Shown here: positions 1 through 10,053 of the stretch, in pieces
Numbering within the stretch: the stretch's first letter is position 1
Layout of the letters: every line of letters begins with the position of its first letter
From: Chamaesiphon sp.
Lineage (GTDB): Bacteria; Cyanobacteriota; Cyanobacteriia; Cyanobacteriales; Chamaesiphonaceae
Length of the DNA stretch: 64,000 nucleotides
Assembly: GCA_965246715.1 (NCBI GenBank)
Contig: CBDFFH010000041.1
Span: forward strand, 32,001 to 96,000
Reading direction: 5' to 3'
Notes under the pieces: model-generated
Database searches by the model: none
What the model was told of the DNA's origin: nothing
Seen by the model: the letters and a program-made list of their open reading frames with translations, nothing else
Program-made: the position numbers and the translations under genes

Positions 1-418
1 CATTGTGCCAGTAGTTGCTATTCCCAATTTTGAACTCTCGACATCAGCGGCTAGGAGCGTTTTGCCGACTGAGTACAGTCGCGCCGATGCGATCTTTAAC
101 ACGGCACATTTAGGCTTAACAATCCGAGGTTTGGAGACAGGTAATGCCGATTGGTTGACGGCGGGATTGGTCGATCGCATCCACCAGCCTTACCGTCAAA
201 AACTTATTCCTGGCTACACTGATGTCGAACGCGCCGTAATAACTGCTGGCGGCTATGGGATGGTTATTAGTGGTGCAGGGCCGACATTGCTAGCCTTAAC
301 TACCGCAGAACGTGCCTTGGCAGTCGCTAGCGCTATGTCCCAAGCCTGGGCAACTCACGATATCCAAGCCCAAGCTCAACCACTAACGATCGATCTCCAA
401 GGGGCTGTAGTTAGGTAG
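1..418 (+). CDS. thrB: Homoserine kinase, C-terminal part (truncated by window edge)
   Basis: LSTxxARxVLP, DRIHQPYRxxLIPG and ISGAGPT GHMP-kinase motifs. Confidence 0.93.
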   Translation, partial: IVPVVAIPNFELSTSAARSVLPTEYSRADAIFNTAHLGLTIRGLETGNADWLTAGLVDRIHQPYRQKLIPGYTDVERAVITAGGYGMVISGAGPTLLALTTAERALAVASAMSQAWATHDIQAQAQPLTIDLQGAVVR

Positions 419-434
419 ACGACGGGACTAAATA

Positions 435-778
435 ACGTGAGTTCGGGTTAAGGATATTTGCTTCGTTCAAGCACCGCACTCGATTGGGTCTTGTCGCGCT
501 AAACCCTCGGCAAAGCCGAGGAGCGCGCGCCGCAAATCGGTGCTAATAGTGCAAAGTCCGGTTGTTGCCGCGAGCGGCAAAAGCCTGCCTTCGCGGACTA
601 ATTATCTAGTCCGCGAAGCGAAAAGTGCGGTCTTGGGGCTTCCCCAAGTAGAGCACCTTTTCAAGACAGCGACGCGCGCTCCTCGGGTTCCCCGAGGGTT
701 TAGCGCGTCAAGACAGGCGGACTTTGCATCATGAGCCGAGACTTCAGTCTCCAGGCTATTCTTATCCCGAACTGACGT
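435..778. mobile_element. IS982-like MITE with nested short repeats
   Basis: Imperfect TIRs ACGTGAGTTCGGGTTAAG / CTTATCCCGAACTGACGT; flanking 6-bp duplication TAAATA (429-434, 779-784). Confidence 0.8.
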
Positions 779-821
779 TAAATAAATTTTAAAAAGTGGG
801 GCTAAGAAAAAGAGTCCGATC

Positions 822-1430
822 TTACTCATCGCTTTTCCAGCGCCTGAGGGGAACGCAGTCGATCTCAAGCCGATCTAAAGCCCTGGCAATGACAAAATCG
901 ACCAGATCCTCGATCGATTGCGGTTGATGATACCAGGCAGGAATTGCTGGAACGATCGCCGCACCAGCTTCGGCGAGGGTAGTAAGATTGCGGAGATGGA
1001 TCAGACTAAATGGAGTTTCACGCGGCACTAGAACTAACTTGCGGCCCTCTTTGAGTTGGACATCAGCGGCGCGCTCGAGTAAATCGCCACTCAATCCCGC
1101 CGCCAATTTACCAATGGTACTCATGCTACAGGGAATAATTACCATTCCCTGAGTACGAAAAGAGCCGCTAGCAATATTTGCACCGACATCTCCCCAGCGA
1201 TGACAACGTAACTTACCCGCAGTTGGTATGCCAGCCTGCTCGCGCCAAAACTCAGCCTGTTCGTCGGGTTCGCTGGGTAATCGCAGTTGGTCTTCGGCTT
1301 GGAATACTACATAAGTCGATCGAGATGCCACTAGTTCGACTTGATAGTCAGCTTCGAGTAGATATTTGATCGATCGAATCGCATAGATTAAGCCAGATGC
1401 GCCAGTAACGCCGAGAATGAGGGGCTTCAT
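822..1430 (-). CDS. ubiX: Flavin prenyltransferase UbiX
   Basis: GVTGASG, IASGSF, PCSMST, RAADVQLKEGR, PRETP motifs. Confidence 0.95.
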   Translation of the reverse strand: MKPLILGVTGASGLIYAIRSIKYLLEADYQVELVASRSTYVVFQAEDQLRLPSEPDEQAEFWREQAGIPTAGKLRCHRWGDVGANIASGSFRTQGMVIIPCSMSTIGKLAAGLSGDLLERAADVQLKEGRKLVLVPRETPFSLIHLRNLTTLAEAGAAIVPAIPAWYHQPQSIEDLVDFVIARALDRLEIDCVPLRRWKSDE

Positions 1431-1473
1431 TAAATTATGAATTGTGAATGATAAATTATAAATGATGGAACTA

Positions 1474-1723
1474 ACGTCAGTTCGGGATAAGGATATCTGC
1501 TCCGTTCCTGCACTGCCAACGATTGTGTCTTGTCTCGCTTTTTACGTCGGGAAACCCGACGAGCGCGAGCCGCAAATCGTGGCTCGTGTTGCAAAGTCCG
1601 GTTGTTGCCGCGAGCGGCAAAAGCCTAGGCAGACTTTGTATTGTTAGCCCCGATTTCAATCGGCGGCGGTGCAAGAACAAAGCCAGAAGCCATTGAGTGT
1701 AGATCCTTATCCCGAACTCAGGT
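1474..1723. mobile_element. IS982-like MITE, second copy
   Basis: TIRs ACGTCAGTTCGGGATAAG / CTTATCCCGAACTCAGGT; 6-bp duplication GAACTA (1468-1473, 1724-1729); shares internal blocks with 435-778. Confidence 0.8.
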
Positions 1724-1840
1724 GAACTAAGTTATCGAGCGACTAGCCAAGATTGACTAGTCACCAGTCACTTTTCACTTATCCACTTTCTCGTTCAGCT
1801 GCTTGGTGCAACACATGCGGAGAATGCTATCCACTAGCGA

Positions 1841-4183
1841 CTATTCCTCAAATTCTCGATCGAACTCTTCGCCCTCGAACTCGTCTTCTAGCTCCCGTTC
1901 TAAAGAGGTTGGCTCGATTTGGGCTTCGTCGGGATTTGCCTCGGCTGCTGCGGCTTCTGACAAGACACTGGTGACGGTGACTAAATCGATTTGTTGGCGA
2001 TAATAGTCTACACTTTTGACTTGCACTTCTACTCGATCGCCGAGACGGTAAGAAGTGCGATTTTTGCGTCCTACTAGGCAAGCATAACGCGGTCGAAATT
2101 CGTACCAGTCATCCTTGAGCGAACTGACATGTACCAAGCCTTCAACTAGCGAATCCTCGATTTCAACGAAGAAGCCATAAGATTGAACCCCAGTGATCAA
2201 ACCTTGGAAAATCTCCCCAGTACGCGCCTTCATCTTCTCCGCTTTTTGTAACCCAGCGAGGTCGTTTTCAGCATCTTGGGCGCTCTTGGTGCGATCGTTG
2301 AGATGGGCGATGATACCAGTAAGTTGGGTTTCTAGTTCTTGCTGAACTGTTGGCGTGAGCACGTTCCAGGTAATTTGACCGTGACAGCTACTACTGGAGA
2401 GATCGACCACTTCTTTAGCTCGAGAAGTCTTGCGATCGCGCCCGGTCGCAAATACTTCATGCAACACCCGCTGAACTAAAATATCGGGATAGCGGTGCAG
2501 TGGTGAAATACAGTGGGTATAACCATTTTCGATCGCTAGTCCGAAGTGAGTGCCTGGCTTGGTACTATATACCGTGGTTTTGAGCAGGGATTTGAACAGA
2601 TAATTGAGGACTTGTGGCACTGGCGAACTAGCAAATTGCTGGCTGAGCCGTTGTAAGTCAGCGACGCTAATTTCCGTCTCGACTTCACCCTCGAAATTTA
2701 GACCCAAATTGATTGCTAGTTTGATCGAGTCATTAACTTCCACCAGATCTGGATTGTGCTGGATCGCATAAATTCCGGGCACCTGTAATGCCTGCAAATG
2801 TACGGCAACAGCGTAGTTTGCCATCACCATCACATCGGTCAATAGCGAGAGCGGATCGTCTAAAAAGATCGCGCCCAACCTGCCTTCGTCAGCGAACGGG
2901 GCTTGCTTCTGGAGCAAATCTACTTCCAGACCGCCTCTCGATCGGCGCTGCTCTCGAAAAGCTGGCGCGATCGTCTTCCAGATCGGTTTGACGATTTCGA
3001 GCGCTTGTGGGTCGATTTTCGTGACTCCATCGGCCAAGATCGCCTCGATGTCAGTGGGGTGGAGCGACCAATCCAACCGAATTCGGCTCGGTTGGATCGT
3101 AAATTCGATCAGCTCGCCGCGCTCGTTGAGCGAGAGAAATACCGAAATCGCCAGCCGTTCGACACCTGGGCTAAAACCGCAAGTAGCGTGGATGGCTGCA
3201 GGTAAGAGCGGAATGGTATTTTCACCTAAATATACGGCTGTCCCGCGTTTTTTAGCTTCGCGATCGAGTCTGTCATCAGCAGCGATATAACTAGCAATAT
3301 CGGCAATATGTACGCCCAACCGGAGGATCTCGCCATCTAAATGTTCGATCGTCAGCGCATTGTCGGTCGGCCCGGTTTCGGCACTGACAGCGATGGTCGG
3401 TAGCTGGGTCAGATCGATTCTTTTTTCAGCCAGCCGATCTTTAAATCCAGTGGTAATCTTGGCCGCACTGGCTTCTACCTCGGGGCCGAAGGTGAGGTGG
3501 AGATCGTGTTTGCAGGTGACGATATCGAGATCGGCAGCCGATTCAGCAGTAGTCCCTAATACCCGTGCTACCTTACCAATTGGTAAATCTTGTCCGATCG
3601 CATGGCGGACGACATCGATATGCACTAAGTGATCGAGGATGTCATCTAGCGCGATCGGTTCGTGCCCATTGGTATCGCCATTCCCGGTTGGCATCACATC
3701 CAACTCGAATAACAGCCGATCGTCCAATGGGAGCGCGCGATACTCACCCGTTTCCAATTTTCTGACCTTGGCTAAGACGGAAGGATTTGCCCGCTCTAAA
3801 ATCAGCTTGACAGCACCTTCGGGACTGCGCCGCCGCGTTCCTTCTTTAATCGTCTCGATCAACACGCGATCGCCATTCCAGGCATTACTGAGATGACTTT
3901 CGCGGATGTAAATATCATCAGCAGCCTCTTCATCTTGGATTGCAAAGCAAAACCCTTTACTAGAGCAGCGAAGCTTGGCTTCGACAATTCGATCGCTTAG
4001 TTCGCGCCGAAACTTCCCTTTCTCCTTCACCAAAATGCCGATTTTTTCTAGTAACTCCAGCGCCAATTCCAACTGCTCGACACTTGCGGGGGTTTCACAA
4101 CCCAACTTTTTTTCCAGTAATTTTGGGGCAACTAACTTATCAGAACTCACATGCGATAGCAGCGTGGCGATCGAAAATTCCAT
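1841..4183 (-). CDS. rnr: Ribonuclease R / RNase II family exoribonuclease
   Basis: Cold-shock OB (KGFCF), RNB domain (VHIAD, RGTAVY, YTHCISPLHRYPD), S1 domain; start MEFSIA chosen behind GGAGG. Confidence 0.9.
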   Translation of the reverse strand: MEFSIATLLSHVSSDKLVAPKLLEKKLGCETPASVEQLELALELLEKIGILVKEKGKFRRELSDRIVEAKLRCSSKGFCFAIQDEEAADDIYIRESHLSNAWNGDRVLIETIKEGTRRRSPEGAVKLILERANPSVLAKVRKLETGEYRALPLDDRLLFELDVMPTGNGDTNGHEPIALDDILDHLVHIDVVRHAIGQDLPIGKVARVLGTTAESAADLDIVTCKHDLHLTFGPEVEASAAKITTGFKDRLAEKRIDLTQLPTIAVSAETGPTDNALTIEHLDGEILRLGVHIADIASYIAADDRLDREAKKRGTAVYLGENTIPLLPAAIHATCGFSPGVERLAISVFLSLNERGELIEFTIQPSRIRLDWSLHPTDIEAILADGVTKIDPQALEIVKPIWKTIAPAFREQRRSRGGLEVDLLQKQAPFADEGRLGAIFLDDPLSLLTDVMVMANYAVAVHLQALQVPGIYAIQHNPDLVEVNDSIKLAINLGLNFEGEVETEISVADLQRLSQQFASSPVPQVLNYLFKSLLKTTVYSTKPGTHFGLAIENGYTHCISPLHRYPDILVQRVLHEVFATGRDRKTSRAKEVVDLSSSSCHGQITWNVLTPTVQQELETQLTGIIAHLNDRTKSAQDAENDLAGLQKAEKMKARTGEIFQGLITGVQSYGFFVEIEDSLVEGLVHVSSLKDDWYEFRPRYACLVGRKNRTSYRLGDRVEVQVKSVDYYRQQIDLVTVTSVLSEAAAAEANPDEAQIEPTSLERELEDEFEGEEFDREFEE

Positions 4184-4845
4184 ATAGTTTAATTTACCTC
4201 CACCCAAGAACATCTTCATTGATTAAGTTTGTAGTCTTACTAACTTACAGCACACTCGACGAGACCACCCTTCCCAACAATCTTAGCAACACTAAATTAT
4301 CCATACACGTGGAATGGTTATGCCTTGGGACGATCGTGGTTGCAACGTTGAGCGGCTGCGATTTACTACATGTTGTCTGACAAGGTGTGAAATGACAGCA
4401 TTAGACTAACGGATCTGTATTCAATAATTATCACTAACTAGTAAATCGATCCATCTCCCCATCCGAATCGTTGGCGTAGCCGCTGAGAGAGAGAGTCAAT
4501 CCATACCTTGCCCGACATTGACTATTTCTGCTTTAACTGTTTGGAAGTTTGCAGTTATCAGTTTCATCATTTGGGCTTTACCAATTTCCCAATTTCTGCA
4601 ATCTCATCAATTTAACATCAATTACTCTCCTCTACCGTCTCTTCGTTGCGATCTATATACGCAACTGTCTGGCGGTGGTTTACGAAGTTAGTAACAGAAT
4701 CGTTGACTGCGATAACAGTACTTGATGCATGCTTCTATAATCTTACCCTCCCATGTCACTTCTGATACCATTTTCATCAAAAGGGTCGAGACTGGGGATC
4801 GCTCGATTTCGATCCGGAGAATGACAACAAGTACTAAAATACTAG

Positions 4846-4877
4846 TTGACATATTATGGTGTTTATCACCATAATAT
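4846..4877 (+). promoter_or_regulatory. Sigma70-type promoter overlapped by a putative NrtR operator
   Basis: TTGACA (4846-4851) and CATAAT (4870-4875); palindrome ATATTATGGTG-tttat-CACCATAATAT (4851-4877) with GT-N7-AC core, upstream of an operon encoding NrtR. Confidence 0.8.
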
Positions 4878-4901
4878 AGGAAAGCTAACTTGCGTAAATT
4901 G

Positions 4902-6275
4902 ATGAAGCCACAAACTTTCCCGAATCATACCAGCTTTCATCAGGTAGAGTCACTGTCATGCTTATCTACTGAAGATTATAGCTTATTGACCGATCTGTAT
5001 CAATTGACGATGACGGCTTGCTATACAGGCGAAGCGGTCGAGTGTGCCTCAGCTAGCTTTGAATTATTTGTACGGAAATTACCAACAGGCTTTGGTTACC
5101 TGGTAGCGATGGGTTTGACTCAAGCCCTAGAATATCTGGAACGACTGCGGTTTACGCCCGATCGGATCGCTCAACTCCAAGCTACCGGAATTTTTACTAA
5201 CGCACCCGATCGGTTTTGGGATCTACTTGCTACCGCCAAATTTACAGGCGATGTCTGGGCAGTGCCCGAAGGAACAGTTATTTTTGCTAACGAACCGATC
5301 CTCCGCATCGAAGCTCCACTCTGGCAAGCCCAGCTCGTAGAGACTTATCTCCTCAATACCATCAATTATCAAACCCTGATTGCCACCAGAGCCGCGAGAT
5401 TGCGCGATGTGGCTGGTGCCGATGCCCTCTTACTCGAATTTGGCACTCGCCGCGCTTTCAGCCCCCAAGCTTCACTCTGGGCAGCACGGGCAGCGATCGC
5501 TGGTGGGTTAGACAGTACCTCAAATGTTTTAGCTGCCTTACAATTGGGTGTTAAACCTAGTGGTACGATGGCACATTCACTGGTGATGGCTTTAGGTGCA
5601 TTAGCGGGTAGCGAACAAGCGGCTTTTAGTGCTTTTCACCGTTACTTTCCTGGAGCGCCATTATTAATCGATACTTATGATTCGATCGCGGCGGCAACAG
5701 CTTTAGCGACACGGGTGGCGGCTGGCGAGATGGAACTATCCGGAATTCGGCTCGACTCTGGAGATTTAATTGATTTATCCAAACAGGTGAAGGAGATCCT
5801 ACCTGGAGTAGATATTTTTGCCAGCGGCGACTTGGATGAATGGGAAATCGCCAAATTGAGAGCGGCGAACGCACCGATTAACGGCTTTGGCTTGGGTACA
5901 AAATTAGTGACGGGTAGCCCAGTCAATGGGGTATACAAACTAGTCGAAATCGATAATATTCCCACGATGAAACGATCTGCAGGTAAGATGACTTACCCTG
6001 GTAAAAAACAAATTTTTCGGCAATTTCAAGCTGGACGATTCGATCGAGATATTCTTGGTTTAGTCTCTGAAGGTGAAGGTTTATTACACCTTGTCATGCA
6101 CAACGGCGAGCGCTTCCGATCGGATGAAGATCTGGCAACAATCAAACACCGAACGGGTCTAAGTGTAGCTAATTTACCTCCAGACTTGCGAGATATCGAT
6201 TACGATCGAATTGCACCAGTCGATCTTTCTCCAGCCTTAGTCCGGCTGACTCAAAGCTTAGGTAATGGAGGATAA
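4902..6275 (+). CDS. pncB: Nicotinate phosphoribosyltransferase
   Basis: LLTDLYQLTM, EFGTRRA, GTMAHS, RLDSGD, VYKLV motifs; start codon uncertain. Confidence 0.92.
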   Translation: MKPQTFPNHTSFHQVESLSCLSTEDYSLLTDLYQLTMTACYTGEAVECASASFELFVRKLPTGFGYLVAMGLTQALEYLERLRFTPDRIAQLQATGIFTNAPDRFWDLLATAKFTGDVWAVPEGTVIFANEPILRIEAPLWQAQLVETYLLNTINYQTLIATRAARLRDVAGADALLLEFGTRRAFSPQASLWAARAAIAGGLDSTSNVLAALQLGVKPSGTMAHSLVMALGALAGSEQAAFSAFHRYFPGAPLLIDTYDSIAAATALATRVAAGEMELSGIRLDSGDLIDLSKQVKEILPGVDIFASGDLDEWEIAKLRAANAPINGFGLGTKLVTGSPVNGVYKLVEIDNIPTMKRSAGKMTYPGKKQIFRQFQAGRFDRDILGLVSEGEGLLHLVMHNGERFRSDEDLATIKHRTGLSVANLPPDLRDIDYDRIAPVDLSPALVRLTQSLGNGG

Positions 6276-6346
6276 ACACGATGCAAGATCTCACAATTAA
6301 GTATCCCCTCTGTGCTACTCCCGATCCCCTACTCCCTACCCCCTTA

Positions 6347-6982
6347 ATGCAGGTTGCTTTATTTGGAACCAGTGCCGATCCGCCAACTATCGCCCATCAG
6401 GAAATTATTAGTTGGTTGGCATCGCAATTCGTTGGCGGAGCCTCTCCACAGGAGATTCGAGTGGCAGTTTGGGCAGCCGATAATCCTTTTAAAGTGCATG
6501 GGGCATCGCTAGCACAACGATCGCAGATGCTAGAGTTATTGATTGCTGAAATCGATCCAGCGATCGGTCATCGCGCCAAAGTTTATCCAGAGTTAAGCAG
6601 TCGCCGGACGATCGAATCACTAATTACCGCCAAAGAAATCTGGAGTGATGCTGACTTTGTTTTGGTAATCGGTGCGGATTTAGTCGAGCAATTACCCCAG
6701 TGGTATCGAGCTGCTGAATTATTAGCCCAAGTCAAATTATTAATCGTGCCGCGTACAGGCAATAATATCGATCCAACTAGCATCGATAAGCTGATCGACT
6801 TAGGCGCACGTATCGCGATCGCACCGTTGGCAACGCCCGCAGTTTCTTCGACAATCGTCCGTACCAATCATTCACATCTGTCTCCCAGCGAATCGCATAA
6901 ATTACTCTCCGAGCCAGCGATCGAAGGTTTGACTCCAGCAGTGGCAAAATATATCCACCAACAGGAGCTGTATAAATTATGA
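6347..6982 (+). CDS. nadD: Nicotinate-nucleotide adenylyltransferase
   Basis: FGTSADPPTxxH, NPFK, IGADL, SST motifs; start MQVALFG preferred over 6281, which runs through STRR-like repeats. Confidence 0.9.
   Translation: MQVALFGTSADPPTIAHQEIISWLASQFVGGASPQEIRVAVWAADNPFKVHGASLAQRSQMLELLIAEIDPAIGHRAKVYPELSSRRTIESLITAKEIWSDADFVLVIGADLVEQLPQWYRAAELLAQVKLLIVPRTGNNIDPTSIDKLIDLGARIAIAPLATPAVSSTIVRTNHSHLSPSESHKLLSEPAIEGLTPAVAKYIHQQELYKL
6432..6455 (+). repeat. 24-bp SDR-like element inserted in frame in nadD
   Basis: TTGGCGGAGCCTCTCCACAGGAGA within a CG/(A)TCGA context; similar to intergenic copies near 4470 and 27798. Confidence 0.6.
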
Positions 6983-7039
6983 ATTATGAATTATGAATTC
7001 TAAGTTATGAATCAAGGCTAGTAGACAACGATCGATTTT

Positions 7040-7795
7040 ATGATAGAGCATAACTTGAAAAAACATTTAATTTCCGAACATTCTCAACCAAAACAGATCC
7101 TTGCTGATTTTAAAGTAGGTGTAGATAATGCGATCTTTTCGATCGATACCCACCAAAATCGGCTGCTAGTTTTACTAGTCATGCGTCATGACGAACCATA
7201 CATCGGGTATTGGTCTTTACCTGGTACTTTAGTCAGGCAGGGAGAAACATTAGAAGTCGCTGCCGATCGCATTTTAGCAGAGAAAATTCGGGTCGATAAT
7301 TTATATCTCGAACAACTTTACACCTTTGGCGGCCCAGGACGCGATCCGCGCGAAGCTGCCGATCGCTATGATGTGCGCTATCTCTCTGTCAGTTATTTTG
7401 CTTTAGTCAGGTATGAAGCTGCCGAGTTGATTGCTACAGGTGTGGGGGGAATTGCTTGGTATCCGATCGATAAATTACCGGATCTTGCTTTCGATCATCG
7501 TCAAATTATCGAATACGGACACCAACGCCTCCGGAATAAATTAGAGTACAGTCCGATCGCCTTTGATGTGCTGCCGGAACTATTTACTCTCAGCGATCTT
7601 TATCAACTATATACAACCGTTCTCGGCGAAAATTTCTCGGATTATTCTAATTTTCGCAATCGGTTGATTAAGTTAAAATTTCTGGAGGAGACAGACATGA
7701 AAGCTTCTCGCGGCAGCGGTAGACCTGCTAGCTTATATCGCTTCGATCCGGTGGCATTTGCACCATTGAAGGACAAGCCATTATTATTTGTGTGA
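7040..7795 (+). CDS. nrtR: Nudix-related transcriptional regulator NrtR
   Basis: Nudix-like WSLPG..ETLE, LEQLYTFG..RDPR, LAFDH, then C-terminal wHTH (FTLSDL..NFR..GRPASLYRF). Confidence 0.9.
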   Translation: MIEHNLKKHLISEHSQPKQILADFKVGVDNAIFSIDTHQNRLLVLLVMRHDEPYIGYWSLPGTLVRQGETLEVAADRILAEKIRVDNLYLEQLYTFGGPGRDPREAADRYDVRYLSVSYFALVRYEAAELIATGVGGIAWYPIDKLPDLAFDHRQIIEYGHQRLRNKLEYSPIAFDVLPELFTLSDLYQLYTTVLGENFSDYSNFRNRLIKLKFLEETDMKASRGSGRPASLYRFDPVAFAPLKDKPLLFV

Positions 7796-7889
7796 AATTA
7801 GTCAATGCTTGTTGGATCTTGAAAACTAAAATTCACATTGACATTTTTATCAACACATAGATTCATACTTATTAAATAAAACTTAAAGC

Positions 7890-8345
7890 ATGGAAAGTAT
7901 TCTAATAATTGAAGATATAGATGGCATAGTGATTAAAAATCCTGATGCTATTAATATGGACAGATTGAGAGAGATTATCTTTAATACATCAGACTCATCT
8001 TGGAGTCAAAGCAATGGTGGAATAGTTATTACTCATTATTATAGTTCGTGTAAATATTATACATTAATGATATTTTCTAACAATGATTACGGTATTTATC
8101 TGAGATATAATAGATATGACAGGGAAAACGAAGAATTAGGAATAGAATATCTGTCTTTAGGCGACGTGTCAAATCTAGGAGAAGAAGTCACAGAATATAG
8201 CTTTGAATTGTATGCGTCAATTGGTTTTTTCATTAGCTCAGACAGTGCTTGGAAAGCAATAAACCATTTTTGCTTAACTGGCGACAAAACCAAAGAGATA
8301 GAATGGATTAATTGTGATGAAGTACCTGATGCATGTAATTATTGA
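7890..8345 (+). CDS. Putative Imm1-like immunity protein
   Basis: AT-rich 151-aa ORF with C-terminal AINHFCLTG....IEW, resembling Imm1. Confidence 0.55.
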   Translation: MESILIIEDIDGIVIKNPDAINMDRLREIIFNTSDSSWSQSNGGIVITHYYSSCKYYTLMIFSNNDYGIYLRYNRYDRENEELGIEYLSLGDVSNLGEEVTEYSFELYASIGFFISSDSAWKAINHFCLTGDKTKEIEWINCDEVPDACNY

Positions 8346-8396
8346 TTTTCACGTATTAATAATAAATAGCAATCTAAAATAATTTATGTAATAACA

Positions 8397-10052
8397 ATGA
8401 AAATAGCTCTAGCTCAACTCAACCCTACCATCGGCGATCTCCAAAATAACGCCACACAAATTTTCAAAACCGCCCAAGAAGTCGCAACTCAAGGAGTAAA
8501 ACTCCTCCTCACCCCCGAACTTTCGCTCTGTGGCTATCCACCCCGCGACTTATTGCTCGATGCTAATTTCATCGCCGAAATGGGACAAACCCTCGACAAA
8601 TTAGCACAAGATTTACCACCAGAGTTACACGTCCTCATCGGACTAGCAACCCCCAATCCCCAATTTGCGATCGCAGGTGGCAAACCATTATTTAATAGTA
8701 TCGCGCTGGTAACTGCTGGAAAAGTTCAGAATATCTTCCACAAGCGGCTATTGCCCACTTATGATGTGTTTGACGAAAATCGTTATTTTATGCCTGGTAG
8801 TGAGGCAAATTACTTCGATTTAGAGGGGATTAAGATCGGGGTGACGGTGTGTGAAGATCTGTGGAATGACGAAGAATTTTGGGGAAGACTCAGTTATGCG
8901 ATCGATCCACTTGCCGAGCTGGCATTATTAAATGTCGATCTGTCGATCAATCTTTCAGCTTCACCATTTTGTCTGAATAAACAGCAATTGCGATCGGACA
9001 TGCTCAAACATGCAGCGGTTAAATACGATCGACCGATTTTATATGTCAATCAAATTGGAGCTAATGACGATCTAATTTTTGATGGTACGAGTTTGGGATT
9101 CGATCGACAAGGCAAATTAATCTGTCGGGGTAAAGCATTCGATCTTGACTTAATTATCGTCGAATTTGATAAGTCTAAACAAGATTTAAAACCTAGTACG
9201 ATCGAGCCAATACCCGACTGTGAGGATGCCGAAATTTGGCAGGCATTAGTATTAGGTGTGCGCGACTACATTCATAAATGTGGTTTTCAAAAAGTTGTAT
9301 TGGGTTTGAGCGGTGGGATCGATTCGGCTCTGGTGGCGGCGATTGCTGCGGAGGCGATCGGATCGGAGCGAGTTTTGGGTGTATTATTACCTTCGCTCTA
9401 TAGTTCGGAGCATTCTGTCTCAGATGCGATCGCGGTAGCTGCTAATTTAGGAATTAAGACCGAAACTATTCCAATCAGCGAATTAATGCAGGGATTCGAT
9501 CGGACATTGGAGCCATTATTTAAAGGTACTGAATTTGGATTGGCTGAGGAAAATATTCAATCGCGGATTCGCGGAAACTTGTTGATGGCAATCTCAAATA
9601 AATTTGGTCATTTACTATTATCGACTGGCAACAAATCCGAGATGGCAGTGGGTTATTGTACGTTGTATGGTGATATGAATGGTGGTTTGGGTGTCATCGC
9701 TGATGTACCAAAGATGCGCGTATTTTCACTATGCAAATGGTTGAATCGTAATCGAGAAGTTATCCCGCAGAACATCATCACCAAGCCACCCAGCGCCGAA
9801 CTCAAACCCGGACAAGTAGACCAAGATTCGTTACCACCTTATGAAATCTTGGATGCGATTTTAGCAGCGATCGTCTGCGAACATCTATCTCCCGAACAGA
9901 TTGTAGCTAAAGGATTCGATCGGCACACAGTCGATCGAATTTCACTCCTAGTCAAACGCGCCGAATTCAAACGCCGTCAGGCTCCTCCTGGATTGAAAAT
10001 TACCGATCGCGCCTTCGGTACTGGCTGGCGAATGCCGATCGCGAGAGGGTAG
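8397..10052 (+). CDS. nadE: Glutamine-dependent NAD+ synthetase
   Basis: Nitrilase domain (PELSLCGY, K..LP.YDVFDE, CEDLW) plus GLSGGIDSA, TGNKSE, PPSAEL, EFKRRQ. Confidence 0.96.
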   Translation: MKIALAQLNPTIGDLQNNATQIFKTAQEVATQGVKLLLTPELSLCGYPPRDLLLDANFIAEMGQTLDKLAQDLPPELHVLIGLATPNPQFAIAGGKPLFNSIALVTAGKVQNIFHKRLLPTYDVFDENRYFMPGSEANYFDLEGIKIGVTVCEDLWNDEEFWGRLSYAIDPLAELALLNVDLSINLSASPFCLNKQQLRSDMLKHAAVKYDRPILYVNQIGANDDLIFDGTSLGFDRQGKLICRGKAFDLDLIIVEFDKSKQDLKPSTIEPIPDCEDAEIWQALVLGVRDYIHKCGFQKVVLGLSGGIDSALVAAIAAEAIGSERVLGVLLPSLYSSEHSVSDAIAVAANLGIKTETIPISELMQGFDRTLEPLFKGTEFGLAEENIQSRIRGNLLMAISNKFGHLLLSTGNKSEMAVGYCTLYGDMNGGLGVIADVPKMRVFSLCKWLNRNREVIPQNIITKPPSAELKPGQVDQDSLPPYEILDAILAAIVCEHLSPEQIVAKGFDRHTVDRISLLVKRAEFKRRQAPPGLKITDRAFGTGWRMPIARG

Positions 10053-10053
10053 G

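Noticed and set aside
540..868. Short ORFs 540-734 and 602-868 (also 1462-1680)
   Set aside because: They lie within MITE or repeat sequence and show no protein motifs
4220..4840. Possible ncRNA in the long rnr-pncB intergenic region (likewise 59980-60580)
   Set aside because: No recognisable RNA family or convincing structure by eye; an Rfam search or RNA-seq would be needed
6976..7010. Heptamer tandem repeats (ATTATGA; others at ~23016, ~36005, ~42588, ~47550)
   Set aside because: Ordinary cyanobacterial STRR-type repeats
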